Shown here: one piece after another, positions 49,912 through 58,575 of the stretch
Layout: the number at the start of each line of letters is the position of its first letter
Numbering within the stretch: position 1 is the first letter of the stretch
Position numbers and translations under genes: made by a program
Origin: a virus
Reading direction: 5' to 3' (one strand)
DNA: 64,000 nt
Virus record (IMG/VR): IMGVR_UViG_3300025280_000023
Location: 1-64,000 of that record
The notes under the pieces: generated by a model
The model's input: the letters and a program-made list of their open reading frames with translations, nothing else
Databases searched by the model: none
What the model was told of the DNA's origin: nothing

Positions 49912-52001
49912 TACGCAAAACTATTCTGCCAAAAGAAGTCTTTTCGCGTTCTAAGATAATCCAAAGCGCCATCTACATCGCCTTCAAACCAATCCTCTCC
50001 CATGTGTTGAACATTTTCATTAAGCTCTAGTTCACACCCAAGCAGCTTGGCTTCAATAACAAATCTAGGGCAGGTATCGTACCCGCTCGGCTTAAAACAT
50101 ATGCCCTTGGATTGGTTTAGTTTCTCAAGAAACTGCCCATACGGTAAATTAAACAGCACTTCATAATCAAGTTCCTTTTGCGCGCACCACCTCTCAGAGG
50201 CGGCAGCCCCTTTTACCCAGCTATTCGATCCCAAGACGACCCACTTATCCTTCTTGTCGCCATCCTGGGACTTCAATATATCCAACTTCTTGAAAAAGCC
50301 ATCATCAAATACAGAGGACAGAATATGACTATTTGCCTTCTTTATCCCGGGTAGACACTCCTGATATATGTCTCTTTGTTTTTCAGACATAAAGAACGTG
50401 GAGCTAGAATTAGTAATAAAGTCAGATAGAAGCTTTCCTCTAGGCGTTTCTTTATAGTCGCATTCTTCCGGCTCTACAAAAGAATATAACAATGGATTTC
50501 TATGCTTGCAAAACTTATAATCAAATTCTACAAAGCTATACTCTATTCCGGATTCATGAAATAGAGGCAATAAATCAAAATCAATATTGGCTATATTACC
50601 AAAAATCCATTTCTTATCTTTAAACCTATCAATTATTTCCCTTGTTACAAGGTTCGAGTTGACCCTGTTGAGTCCTGTCGGGCACGAATCAATTATTGCC
50701 TGTAGGCTTAGTTCCGCGCCTCCCTGGTACTGTTCCTTGAACAAATCACTCACAAAAATATACTGTGCGTCGTCGGTGTATAAATCACTTCCGCCCAGCA
50801 CAGACTCAACGAACTCTCCATGTTTTGACTCTTCTGAAAAATTCTCTAATAGGTGTGCCTGTAGCTTTTCTGCTTGGCTCTTAAACCTAGGATAGTCTTT
50901 ATAGACCTCCCTAAGCCTCATCTTAAATGAGCCCTCCTTGGGAAAGCACCAGCCAGAATCAGCCTCTAGAACCCCCGGCCAAGCTGCCTCCGGCTCAATC
51001 TGCTGGATGCTGTACTCAACATGCGCAAAATAGGGGCGAATCTTTTCCTTTCCCTTTTTATCTACTTTTGGAGCATATAAGAAATCGCATTGTCCAGACC
51101 ACCCCGGAACAACGATAGGGAGGCCGTTGTATGCACTTTCAAAAAGAGGCAATCCAAACCCTTCTCCGTGTGTAGTAGAAATCATGCATTTAATTTTGGG
51201 ATTATTATATAATGAATTCATCTCTTGAAGGGATAGATCTCCATGCAATAGATATACCTTGCACTTCCTATCCTCATACTTTTTCAAGAACTTTTTAAGC
51301 TTTTTAGTAGCCCTGCTTCTATCGATCAAGGAGTTGTTCTCCATGTTCATCTTGATAACAAGCCCTACTTCCTGATCGATAAACTCCTCAACAAACCATC
51401 TCAAGCAAGACTTAAGGTTTTTTCTTGGTGAGAATTGCGCAATCGTCAGGAAATTAAAATCATATTCCAGATCCAATTGTATATCTTTTTCTTCAGTCTC
51501 CCTCACAGGGTATGAAACAACATCAACCGGCGTTGTCAATCTAAAATCTTTAATCTCTTGCCCTGTATTGGGGTCTCTCTTCGTATAAGAAGTGTTTTCA
51601 TAAACCTCCTTCGAGTGATTAGACACAACAATAATCCTATCCATAAAATTACCGGACTCAATCCACTGCCCGGATACTTTCGTTGTCTCAATACCAGCAG
51701 TATACCCGATGTTTATGGGTGCCATTTTTTCAAATTCATTCGGTATGGTTACCTGAAGGGATATGTCATAGGGCCTCTTTTCACCATGAAGATTCGATTG
51801 GTGCTTCATAATAAGTGAATCAAGCCACTCCCGCTCCTCATCATCCTCAAAAATCCAGCCTGTTTTCCCCCAATTAGTAGGAATCAAAAATATATCAAAT
51901 AGGTCTTCTCTTGTTCTTAGTGCCCTTAATGCAAATCGAGTTTGCTCTCCGTACCCGCTTTGGGATAGTGCTGGGCCTCGTACTATAATTCTTTTTTTCA
52001 T
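49911..52001 (-). CDS. Two-domain glycosyltransferase (GT4 fused to a second GT-B-like domain)
   Basis: Likely start MKKRIIVRGP at 52001. Domain 1 has SGYG, PRKN and HGEGFGLPLFE. Domain 2 has DLF..QY.GGAELS, WVKG and DTCPRFVIEAKLLGC. Confidence 0.85.
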   Translation of the reverse strand: MKKRIIVRGPALSQSGYGEQTRFALRALRTREDLFDIFLIPTNWGKTGWIFEDDEEREWLDSLIMKHQSNLHGEKRPYDISLQVTIPNEFEKMAPINIGYTAGIETTKVSGQWIESGNFMDRIIVVSNHSKEVYENTSYTKRDPNTGQEIKDFRLTTPVDVVSYPVRETEEKDIQLDLEYDFNFLTIAQFSPRKNLKSCLRWFVEEFIDQEVGLVIKMNMENNSLIDRSRATKKLKKFLKKYEDRKCKVYLLHGDLSLQEMNSLYNNPKIKCMISTTHGEGFGLPLFESAYNGLPIVVPGWSGQCDFLYAPKVDKKGKEKIRPYFAHVEYSIQQIEPEAAWPGVLEADSGWCFPKEGSFKMRLREVYKDYPRFKSQAEKLQAHLLENFSEESKHGEFVESVLGGSDLYTDDAQYIFVSDLFKEQYQGGAELSLQAIIDSCPTGLNRVNSNLVTREIIDRFKDKKWIFGNIANIDFDLLPLFHESGIEYSFVEFDYKFCKHRNPLLYSFVEPEECDYKETPRGKLLSDFITNSSSTFFMSEKQRDIYQECLPGIKKANSHILSSVFDDGFFKKLDILKSQDGDKKDKWVVLGSNSWVKGAAASERWCAQKELDYEVLFNLPYGQFLEKLNQSKGICFKPSGYDTCPRFVIEAKLLGCELELNENVQHMGEDWFEGDVDGALDYLRTRKDFFWQNSFA

Positions 52002-52002
52002 T

Positions 52003-53259
52003 TTATACCTCCAGTAGCTCCCATCCCTTATATAACTTAGTCGGCCAGCTTCCATTCCTTTCATGAATATCAGTCAATAAATCAACCCATTGTTGATTAT
52101 GATTATCAAAATTATAATTCTTCTTGACGTATTCTCTACCAAGAGTTCCAAGCGCCTTTCTATCTTCCTCCGGTAGCTCCCAAATCTTAACCAATGCGTC
52201 TATGACATCTTCCTTGCCAACCCTATCTTCATAGATATAAGGGATATCTTGTGTGCCGACAATTGCCTTGGAAGCCGGTTCTATTCCAACGCCGAACCAA
52301 TTCTTCCCATCCGTAACCTGTTCCTGTAGGCCTCCGGTCATATTGACAATAATTGGAGTACCACAAGAGAGCGATTCTAAAGTACTCAGGCCAAACCCCT
52401 CCGCATCAGATATATTTATCGTTACATCCGACAAGTTATACATGTTCGCAAGAAACTCCTGTGGTACGATATTATTATTTATAATGAGTTCCTGGTCTGT
52501 CAACTCCAAGTCATTTTTAATAGCTTGAAGATTCTGTCCATTTGGATCATACGGATTTGTATGCATTAGCAAAACCGCTTTGTCTCGGCCAACCTTGTCT
52601 AAAAAGTCTTTCCACCAAAATACCAAAGAACCACTAAGCTTTCTACGCGCATTTCTATTATTCCAAAAAACAACAAACCTATCATTTTCTAAGGTTGGAA
52701 AGTGCTTTTCAGAAAATTTACTTAATTCATCCTTGGGCGTCGGTTGAAATAGCTCACTGTCAACGGAATGCGGGATGTAGGTATTTTCCAAATCAGGGCA
52801 CACGGTACTAACAATATCATGTGTGACCTTAGAAATAGAGACAAAGTGGTCATTAGAGCCCCATACTGGCTTGTTGTAAACCGGATACGGATAATTGTCC
52901 CAAATCCCATACCACACCATAGGCACTAAGGGCCTGACTTCATTTGACATCTCAAGGAGCCATTGAAAAAACCTTGGATCCGATTGAAACAGTAGAACAT
53001 CTGGACGTTGAGTACGCAACAGGCTCCTTATTGTTTCTTGCGATCCAAACCCATCTATGGGTTGGATAATCCAATCATCACCAAACTCTTCTGTCTTAAT
53101 TGGATTATAGTCCTCGTGCTTTATTGCTCCACCAAACGAATACACAGTGAACTTACCGGATCTTAACAGCGCCGTGATTATAGTCCTCATTGTGTGGGCC
53201 ACCCCTGACGCCATCAGCGGGTGATCAGAGATCGTAAAGACCTTAATTTTTTCAGACAT
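52003..53259 (-). CDS. Glycosyltransferase family 4
   Basis: SDHP..SGV, IPHSVD, NRNARRK and AEGFGLSTLESLSCGTPII (EX7E). Confidence 0.9.
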   Translation of the reverse strand: MSEKIKVFTISDHPLMASGVAHTMRTIITALLRSGKFTVYSFGGAIKHEDYNPIKTEEFGDDWIIQPIDGFGSQETIRSLLRTQRPDVLLFQSDPRFFQWLLEMSNEVRPLVPMVWYGIWDNYPYPVYNKPVWGSNDHFVSISKVTHDIVSTVCPDLENTYIPHSVDSELFQPTPKDELSKFSEKHFPTLENDRFVVFWNNRNARRKLSGSLVFWWKDFLDKVGRDKAVLLMHTNPYDPNGQNLQAIKNDLELTDQELIINNNIVPQEFLANMYNLSDVTINISDAEGFGLSTLESLSCGTPIIVNMTGGLQEQVTDGKNWFGVGIEPASKAIVGTQDIPYIYEDRVGKEDVIDALVKIWELPEEDRKALGTLGREYVKKNYNFDNHNQQWVDLLTDIHERNGSWPTKLYKGWELLEV

Positions 53260-53269
53260 TTATTCCTCA

Positions 53270-54031
53270 TTAAGTACAATAGACCGTCTTGTAGAATTCA
53301 CATCTTCCACATGATAGCCTATTTTTGTAAAACTTCTTTTTATCAATGAATCCAATTGCTTTAACAAGTAATTTAAGGGCGTTACTCACCCTTCTCTCCC
53401 CCGTTGAGACCCTGAATATCTCTACTTTCTGCTTTTTGTTCGTTCTTTTTAACAAAGCAAAGTGTGTCTCAATATCTTTAGCGTCAATATTGTGCTTTAT
53501 AGAAAAGAAATGTTTATATAAAGCGAGTTGATACGTTATTATCTTTTCGTTCTTTTTTCTAGAATCCCATCCCCAAGAACAGGATTTCCAGTCAACTATA
53601 TGGTACTTATCATCTTTTTTTACAACTAAATCTATATAACCCTTAAAATTACATAAGTCAAGGTTATTATAAACTATTTTTTCGTATATCTCTTCTTCAG
53701 TTGAGTAGACTTCATGCTCTCCGAAGTATTCTTTCACCGCCGGCATGATATTCGGTATAATCTCTATACCTTGTTTCAAAAAGATATTGCGCTCTTCATC
53801 TTGAACGGATTCATTCAACAATGAAAGTTCTTTTAGGAACTCGTCTCTAAAAGACTCTTCTTCAACCTCATCACCCAGAACAAGTGTTTCACATGCCTTA
53901 TGTATTGCTGTACCAAACGCGGTATATATATTCCCCTTAAACAGCTTATTACCATCAACGTATGCAATTTTATGCTGATAAGGGCAGGAGTGCCACTTTG
54001 AAAGCTCAGAATAAGATATGTGTTTTCTCAC
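53270..54031 (-). CDS. PD-(D/E)XK exonuclease, Cas4/AddB-like with a probable 4Fe-4S cluster
   Basis: ISYSEL..W..CP, FGTAIH, E...KGYIDL...IVDWKS, QLALY and C-terminal CGRCEF....C, giving a 1+3 Cys arrangement. Confidence 0.85.
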   Translation of the reverse strand: MRKHISYSELSKWHSCPYQHKIAYVDGNKLFKGNIYTAFGTAIHKACETLVLGDEVEEESFRDEFLKELSLLNESVQDEERNIFLKQGIEIIPNIMPAVKEYFGEHEVYSTEEEIYEKIVYNNLDLCNFKGYIDLVVKKDDKYHIVDWKSCSWGWDSRKKNEKIITYQLALYKHFFSIKHNIDAKDIETHFALLKRTNKKQKVEIFRVSTGERRVSNALKLLVKAIGFIDKKKFYKNRLSCGRCEFYKTVYCT

Positions 54032-54459
54032 TACGCACCTGACGTTTTTCTTCTATTCTTTTTCCTCTTAGAGGATACGGGCGTTTTACTTTCTTGTAAA
54101 GATTTATTTTTTGGCTGGACACTTAAGGGTGTCGCTATACTCGCCGCTGGCTTGGGAGCCGGGTTCGTATTTTTTTCAGGCGACTTTCTTTTCGTAATTC
54201 GGCTATCCTTGAAGGGGAGACTTGACCGTTTGGCCTGTTCCACCGTCTTATCTCCAGGTTCAAAGACCCACGTACCAGATTTGTTAGAGAAGTTTACGAC
54301 AGTGTTCTTTAAGCACCTACCGACGCTTATCTCTTCTTCTCTCAACTTTTCCATCAACAAGGAGCACGTTATTCTACCACGCTCTTCAAAGCGAGGATCA
54401 AATTCTCCCCTGACGTGAACTTCTAGTCCCCGGCTTGTTAAATTTAATTTAATATCCAT
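54031..54459 (-). CDS. Hypothetical protein with a basic low-complexity C-terminus
   Basis: 142 aa with RBS GGAG; coupled on both sides; K/S/P-rich tail. Confidence 0.65.
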   Translation of the reverse strand: MDIKLNLTSRGLEVHVRGEFDPRFEERGRITCSLLMEKLREEEISVGRCLKNTVVNFSNKSGTWVFEPGDKTVEQAKRSSLPFKDSRITKRKSPEKNTNPAPKPAASIATPLSVQPKNKSLQESKTPVSSKRKKNRRKTSGA

Positions 54460-55117
54460 TGATGAACTCCTCTAGGGCTTCTATCGCTTTATAAACAGAC
54501 GGACTAATTTTTCTAACCCGCCCTAGCTTACCTAAGTAGTAAGATTCAAAGCCATTTGCGAAATATTCTCTAATCGACGTAGCCCCGTAAGGCGTTACAA
54601 AGAGTTCTCCGACGATTTTCCTCATGAGATCATAAGTAACCTCTTTGTACAAAAATTGATCAATCTCCTGATCCCACTTTAATTCAAACTCAAAATGTGG
54701 GGGGGCCTGAAACCCCCTCTGCTGTAGGGCCTTAGATAATTTTCTTCTTTTTATCAGGAATTCTTGAACGATTTCGTCGTCCCCATAGATCTCATCGTAA
54801 GCGATTCTCTCTAGATTATGAGCGACCTCGTGTATTATATCATCTATGAGGTCTTTATCATTATCCTGCTCGTTATCAATATACATAGTACCCTTGAAAA
54901 ACATAGCATTCGTCTCGTTATCTTCAAGTTCCTTGAACTTTCCAATATAAATTGAATCGATCCCAGTGAAGTAGACCTCTGGTAATATACCTTGTATTGT
55001 GTTTATAACATCAAATAAATTAATGTATTTAGGTAACGGATCTTTTATAATTATAGGGGATCCAAATATCTTTGGATCGGTTTTACTTTTAGTAGTTTCT
55101 ATTATGTACTTCTTCAT
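54449..55117 (-). CDS. Putative zinc metallopeptidase (HEXXH...E)
   Basis: IIHEVAHNLE plus a downstream YGATSIREYFANGFESY, resembling the third-ligand motif of lethal-factor/gluzincin-type peptidases. Confidence 0.65.
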   Translation of the reverse strand: MKKYIIETTKSKTDPKIFGSPIIIKDPLPKYINLFDVINTIQGILPEVYFTGIDSIYIGKFKELEDNETNAMFFKGTMYIDNEQDNDKDLIDDIIHEVAHNLERIAYDEIYGDDEIVQEFLIKRRKLSKALQQRGFQAPPHFEFELKWDQEIDQFLYKEVTYDLMRKIVGELFVTPYGATSIREYFANGFESYYLGKLGRVRKISPSVYKAIEALEEFINGY

Positions 55118-55454
55118 TATTATTTTTTATTTCTAGATATTCTTTAGTATTATACCGGACTCTCATTTTCTTAAATGTATCAAGTTTAATACCTAACATC
55201 AAACATATTTCCTTTTGTGTCCTTTTATAGGTCTCAGCAAAGTTTAAAACTGATTCCTTAACAATAAAGTCCAACACATGATACAATGGGAAACAAAATT
55301 TTCCATTAAGTAACTTACACATTAACTCTAGTTTAAGAGAAAGGATCTCTTCTATGGATAAAGAATTTAGTAAAACCTCAAATTCCTTATGGATCCCTTT
55401 CTCTGTTCTTAATTTATGTGAAATACTAAAGTATTTATTTTTTGTGCGTTCCAT
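55089..55454 (-). CDS. Putative DNA-binding protein with a Fis-like C-terminal HTH
   Basis: 121 aa. ESVLNFAETYKRTQKEICLMLGIKLDTFKKM fits an HTH pattern. Confidence 0.55.
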   Translation of the reverse strand: MERTKNKYFSISHKLRTEKGIHKEFEVLLNSLSIEEILSLKLELMCKLLNGKFCFPLYHVLDFIVKESVLNFAETYKRTQKEICLMLGIKLDTFKKMRVRYNTKEYLEIKNNNEEVHNRNY

Positions 55455-55456
55455 TT

Positions 55457-55479
55457 GTACCTAGGGTACCTAGGGTACC
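55457..55479. repeat. 9-bp tandem repeat GTACCTAGG x2.6, built from overlapping palindromes
   Basis: gtacctagg gtacctagg gtacc; contains GGTACC and CCTAGG palindromes. Confidence 0.9.
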
Positions 55480-55549
55480 ATATATTGGATCTCTTGTAAA
55501 GCTTTAATATACTATTAAATATAACTAATACTTAAATACATAAAGTAAA

Positions 55550-55588
55550 GGATCCAACACATTGGGATCCAATACATTGGGATCCAAT
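55550..55588. repeat. 15-bp tandem repeat GGATCCAAYACATTG x2.6
   Basis: ggatccaacacattg ggatccaatacattg ggatccaat; three GGATCC sites at 15-bp spacing. Confidence 0.9.
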
Positions 55589-55591
55589 CTA

Positions 55592-56266
55592 TTAAGTCCT
55601 GGGAGCGTTTAAAGAAATATCCTCTTCGAAAGACTTCATATATAAACGTAAATTTTTAATTAAATATTTAGAGAAGGTTTTACGATCCCCTTCATCTGCT
55701 AAGAGTTCTGCTGAAGTTACTATTTTAGATTCTATTTTTTTAAACGTTTCATAGGCCATATTACGACCTGTCTCATCGAGACCAGAAATCCGGAAATCCT
55801 GCCTCTCCCTATCTTCATCTGATACAATCTCGTCTTCAATATCAAGGAGACCCTCATCATCAAGACCAAGCATCTTTAGGATTTCTTCATCTTCATCTTC
55901 GTCTTTGTATAGTTTGATCTTTAAGCCTTCATCTATGCCTTCGTGTCTAGCATGGTCAAGGCTTAACAGGTTTTGAACCGCTTTAACTAAATGCAGAGAA
56001 AAAGATTTCCTCTGTTCAACACTGGTACCAAGGTCCTTGTATCCGTCTTCAATAGACGGTATAATCTCTTTTAAGAGATCCTCTAAGACATTAATCGCCG
56101 TGGAGCGAGTAGGAAATCTTCCCATCTCTACTTCTTTTAAAAGACCTCGTACAGTGGTTTTTATGTAGGCCTCTTTAATAGCTTCTTTCTCAAGATTGTC
56201 CATGACAACCTTAGAGATCTCCTCTCGTATGACTCTTTCCTGCAAAACTTTAAGCCTATCTACCAT
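55592..56266 (-). CDS. Acidic hypothetical protein, possibly head-associated
   Basis: Likely start MVDRLK at 56266. Motifs STAINVLEDLLKEIIP and GLDETGRNMAYETFKKIE. Confidence 0.75.
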   Translation of the reverse strand: MVDRLKVLQERVIREEISKVVMDNLEKEAIKEAYIKTTVRGLLKEVEMGRFPTRSTAINVLEDLLKEIIPSIEDGYKDLGTSVEQRKSFSLHLVKAVQNLLSLDHARHEGIDEGLKIKLYKDEDEDEEILKMLGLDDEGLLDIEDEIVSDEDRERQDFRISGLDETGRNMAYETFKKIESKIVTSAELLADEGDRKTFSKYLIKNLRLYMKSFEEDISLNAPRT

Positions 56267-56267
56267 G

Positions 56268-56762
56268 TTAATTACCAAATTGAGATTCTTTACCCTTGTC
56301 TAATTCAAGAGCGACATTGCCGGTGGTTGCCTTCACAACTGCCTTCTTAGCTCCCGGGCGAGGCAAACCACCTGCCTGGGTTCCTACAACCTCGGAGGAG
56401 TCCCCTAAATCCACATTATATGGGCCTCCAGCATCTTCAACGTCTTGGTCAGTCGTATGTGAAAATGGACCCGGAGTTCCTTGAACATCTCCCCCGGCCA
56501 CAGAGGACGTTTCAATCACGACCCCTTCTAACAGAATATCCCGCTCTTCAACGGCTTCATTAAGATTTCTTTCCATCTTACTAAGTTCGGTCTTCAAAGA
56601 CTTAAGACGCTTTTTGATTGAATGGACTCTGTTTCTATCGCCATCCGTTCTAACTCTTAAATTTTCTAACAAGTCTTGAATTGTCCTGAAGTCATCCCTC
56701 CAAGATTCCTGAACTAAAAAGTCTCCCTTAATAAACTTCTTTGTTAATTTTTTATAATTCAT
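56268..56762 (-). CDS. Hypothetical coiled-coil protein
   Basis: 164 aa with RBS GGAG. Coiled-coil middle and a disordered G-rich tail after IETSSVAGG. Confidence 0.75.
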   Translation of the reverse strand: MNYKKLTKKFIKGDFLVQESWRDDFRTIQDLLENLRVRTDGDRNRVHSIKKRLKSLKTELSKMERNLNEAVEERDILLEGVVIETSSVAGGDVQGTPGPFSHTTDQDVEDAGGPYNVDLGDSSEVVGTQAGGLPRPGAKKAVVKATTGNVALELDKGKESQFGN

Positions 56763-56774
56763 CTTTATCTCCGA

Positions 56775-57248
56775 TTATGTGGAGGCCACAAAAAATTCTA
56801 TATCGCACGCGGCGGTATCTGCTAGTGCGGTTATGTTAACCAGGTCACCCAAGGCAAGAGTTAAACCTGCGCCGTCTATCGCGTCCATGGTGTCTACTAC
56901 ACCTCCAGAATTATCACCCGGATAAATAAATGAGTGGCTAGCGTCTACCTTGATTGCAAATTCATCATTGTTTTCGTTCTTAAAAGTCAACGTGATATGG
57001 TTTGTATCATCAAGGTTAGTAATTCTAATGTATTTAACGCTACCTTCTAAAAATGTCCCACTTCCAACTGCGGTTCCGCTAAAAGCCAAAATCTCAACTT
57101 CCGTAATTGGAATAGTGACAATTCTTTTAGAGATTTCATTTATCCCAGAAAGGCTAACAGTAGCTTGGCTACCTCGTTGTCGGCCATCTAGAATGATGTC
57201 TTCAACTATCTTAACTTTTAATGTGGCTGACGAAAGTTTACTTGCCAT
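56775..57248 (-). CDS. All-beta hypothetical protein, possibly capsid decoration
   Basis: 157 aa with a beta-strand pattern and motif VKYIRITNLDDTNHITL. Confidence 0.65.
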   Translation of the reverse strand: MASKLSSATLKVKIVEDIILDGRQRGSQATVSLSGINEISKRIVTIPITEVEILAFSGTAVGSGTFLEGSVKYIRITNLDDTNHITLTFKNENNDEFAIKVDASHSFIYPGDNSGGVVDTMDAIDGAGLTLALGDLVNITALADTAACDIEFFVAST

Positions 57249-57251
57249 CGA

Positions 57252-58118
57252 TTAGTTCTCATTAAGTTTATCAACAATTAAATCAAAATCATATCCATCT
57301 TTTTGTAATTGTTTTTTGTTTTCATGAAACCAAGTTAGCATTAGAGAATTCGATTCTTCTTCGGTTCTTTCATTGAGCACCTTTACGACCCTTTCTGGAT
57401 CATATCCGTCGCTTTTTAGGGGCTTTAGATTTTCTATAAGCCAACCGCGAACGACGGCGGACTTCGATTCCCATAGGCCATCTTCGGGATCTCTATTAAA
57501 GGAGGGGTCGGAGTCACCAACTAGGTCTTCCCATGTCATATCTCGATTGTATGCCGTATCGCCATATCCGTCATCCCTGGTCCTAGGAATTTGACCCCTG
57601 TCTATTTCACCGGCATCGAATTTATGTCCTAATTCTTCAAAGCCACCTGATGCTTTGAATCCTTTTGGATCGCCCTGCTGTAGTGTTTGACCCCATGACC
57701 GCACATCTGTGGGCAAATCTTTCCCCGAATACCCGGGTACTTTCCTAGGATCTACTTTTTGTCCTAATCCTTTAATACCACCGATGCTATCAAGGGCACC
57801 GGGGGCTCCCTGTTCTAGTTCTTCTCCGTATGATTGCACATGACCAGGGAGCCCATGCTCGCCTCTTAGGTCGGTCATGCCCTTGGTTGTTCTACCGCTA
57901 ATATCACCAAGGTTGCCAGCCATGCCTCCGGCAGGCATGCCGCCAGCAAAATCCCGACCATATGCGTCACCAAGATCGTCATCTCTATCATAAGACCAAT
58001 CCTCTGATAGATCACCAGATATATCGTCTCTATTAGTTTCGTAGTGCTGCTTAAGATCTTCTGTCAAAGAAGCTTCGTTAATCTCTTTTCTGAGATCTGC
58101 AAGTTCATCGCTATTCAT
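57252..58118 (-). CDS. Gly/Asp-rich, largely disordered hypothetical protein
   Basis: 288 aa. The C-terminus has two similar units, LKSDGYDPERVVKVLNE and LQKDGYDFDLIVDKLNE. Confidence 0.7.
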   Translation of the reverse strand: MNSDELADLRKEINEASLTEDLKQHYETNRDDISGDLSEDWSYDRDDDLGDAYGRDFAGGMPAGGMAGNLGDISGRTTKGMTDLRGEHGLPGHVQSYGEELEQGAPGALDSIGGIKGLGQKVDPRKVPGYSGKDLPTDVRSWGQTLQQGDPKGFKASGGFEELGHKFDAGEIDRGQIPRTRDDGYGDTAYNRDMTWEDLVGDSDPSFNRDPEDGLWESKSAVVRGWLIENLKPLKSDGYDPERVVKVLNERTEEESNSLMLTWFHENKKQLQKDGYDFDLIVDKLNEN

Positions 58119-58269
58119 TTTCTTCTTCCTCTATCTTATCAACACCCTCTTCGAGAACAAGAGCCTCGGTCTCAGTATCGGTATGATGGTTTTCGTTTAT
58201 TAGTTTGTAAGTGTAGGGCCGAGCGGATTTAATACCCTCTTTAATAGCTTTCTTGAAGTCGAATGACAT
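58111..58269 (-). CDS. Small acidic protein (52 aa; absent from the ORF track)
   Basis: MSFDFKKAIKEGIKSARPYTYKLINENHHTDTETEALVLEEGVDKIEEEENE. RBS AGGAG; its stop overlaps the next start. Confidence 0.75.
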   Translation of the reverse strand: MSFDFKKAIKEGIKSARPYTYKLINENHHTDTETEALVLEEGVDKIEEEENE

Positions 58270-58287
58270 GATATTTTCTCCTATATG

Positions 58288-58575
58288 TTATTCAGGTGTT
58301 GATTTTGGCTTCTGTGAACGTGTCTTCCTAGCAGGCTTGTCTGGCACCGCAGGCTCGGGTGCAGAAGTAGGTGTAGGCTCTGGCTCAGGAGCAGGCTCAG
58401 GAGCAAGAACAGGAGCAGGCTTGGGCGTAGGCTTAGGCCTGTGAGCCTGCGTTTTATTAGGGGGTGCCGGCTTTGACTCGGGCCCTGGAGCGGCCTCAGT
58501 TACCCCGCCTCTCCGAGCTTTCTGCGTTTTTAATAAGGCTCTTTTTCTGGCTAATCTAGTTCCTGGTGATCCCAT
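58288..58575 (-). CDS. Basic, Pro-rich low-complexity protein
   Basis: 95 aa with RBS AGGAGG. K/R-rich ends and PKPTPKPAP/APEPAPEPEP repeats; TAATG overlap with the upstream gene. Confidence 0.65.
   Translation of the reverse strand: MGSPGTRLARKRALLKTQKARRGGVTEAAPGPESKPAPPNKTQAHRPKPTPKPAPVLAPEPAPEPEPTPTSAPEPAVPDKPARKTRSQKPKSTPE

Noticed and set aside
33573-53259. Bacterial O-antigen or capsule locus, implying a cellular chromosome or prophage boundary
   Set aside because: There is no flippase, polymerase, exporter or priming transferase. The cluster is coupled seamlessly to phage-type genes on both sides, with no integrase or att-like junction.
55550-55588. Possible mini CRISPR array near the Cas4-like gene
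   Set aside because: The units are 15 bp and directly tandem with no unique spacers, too short for CRISPR repeats.
58340-58445. GCAGGCTC-type short nucleotide repeats
   Set aside because: Explained by the encoded Pro/Ala/Glu repeats (APEPAPEP) of the 95-aa protein.
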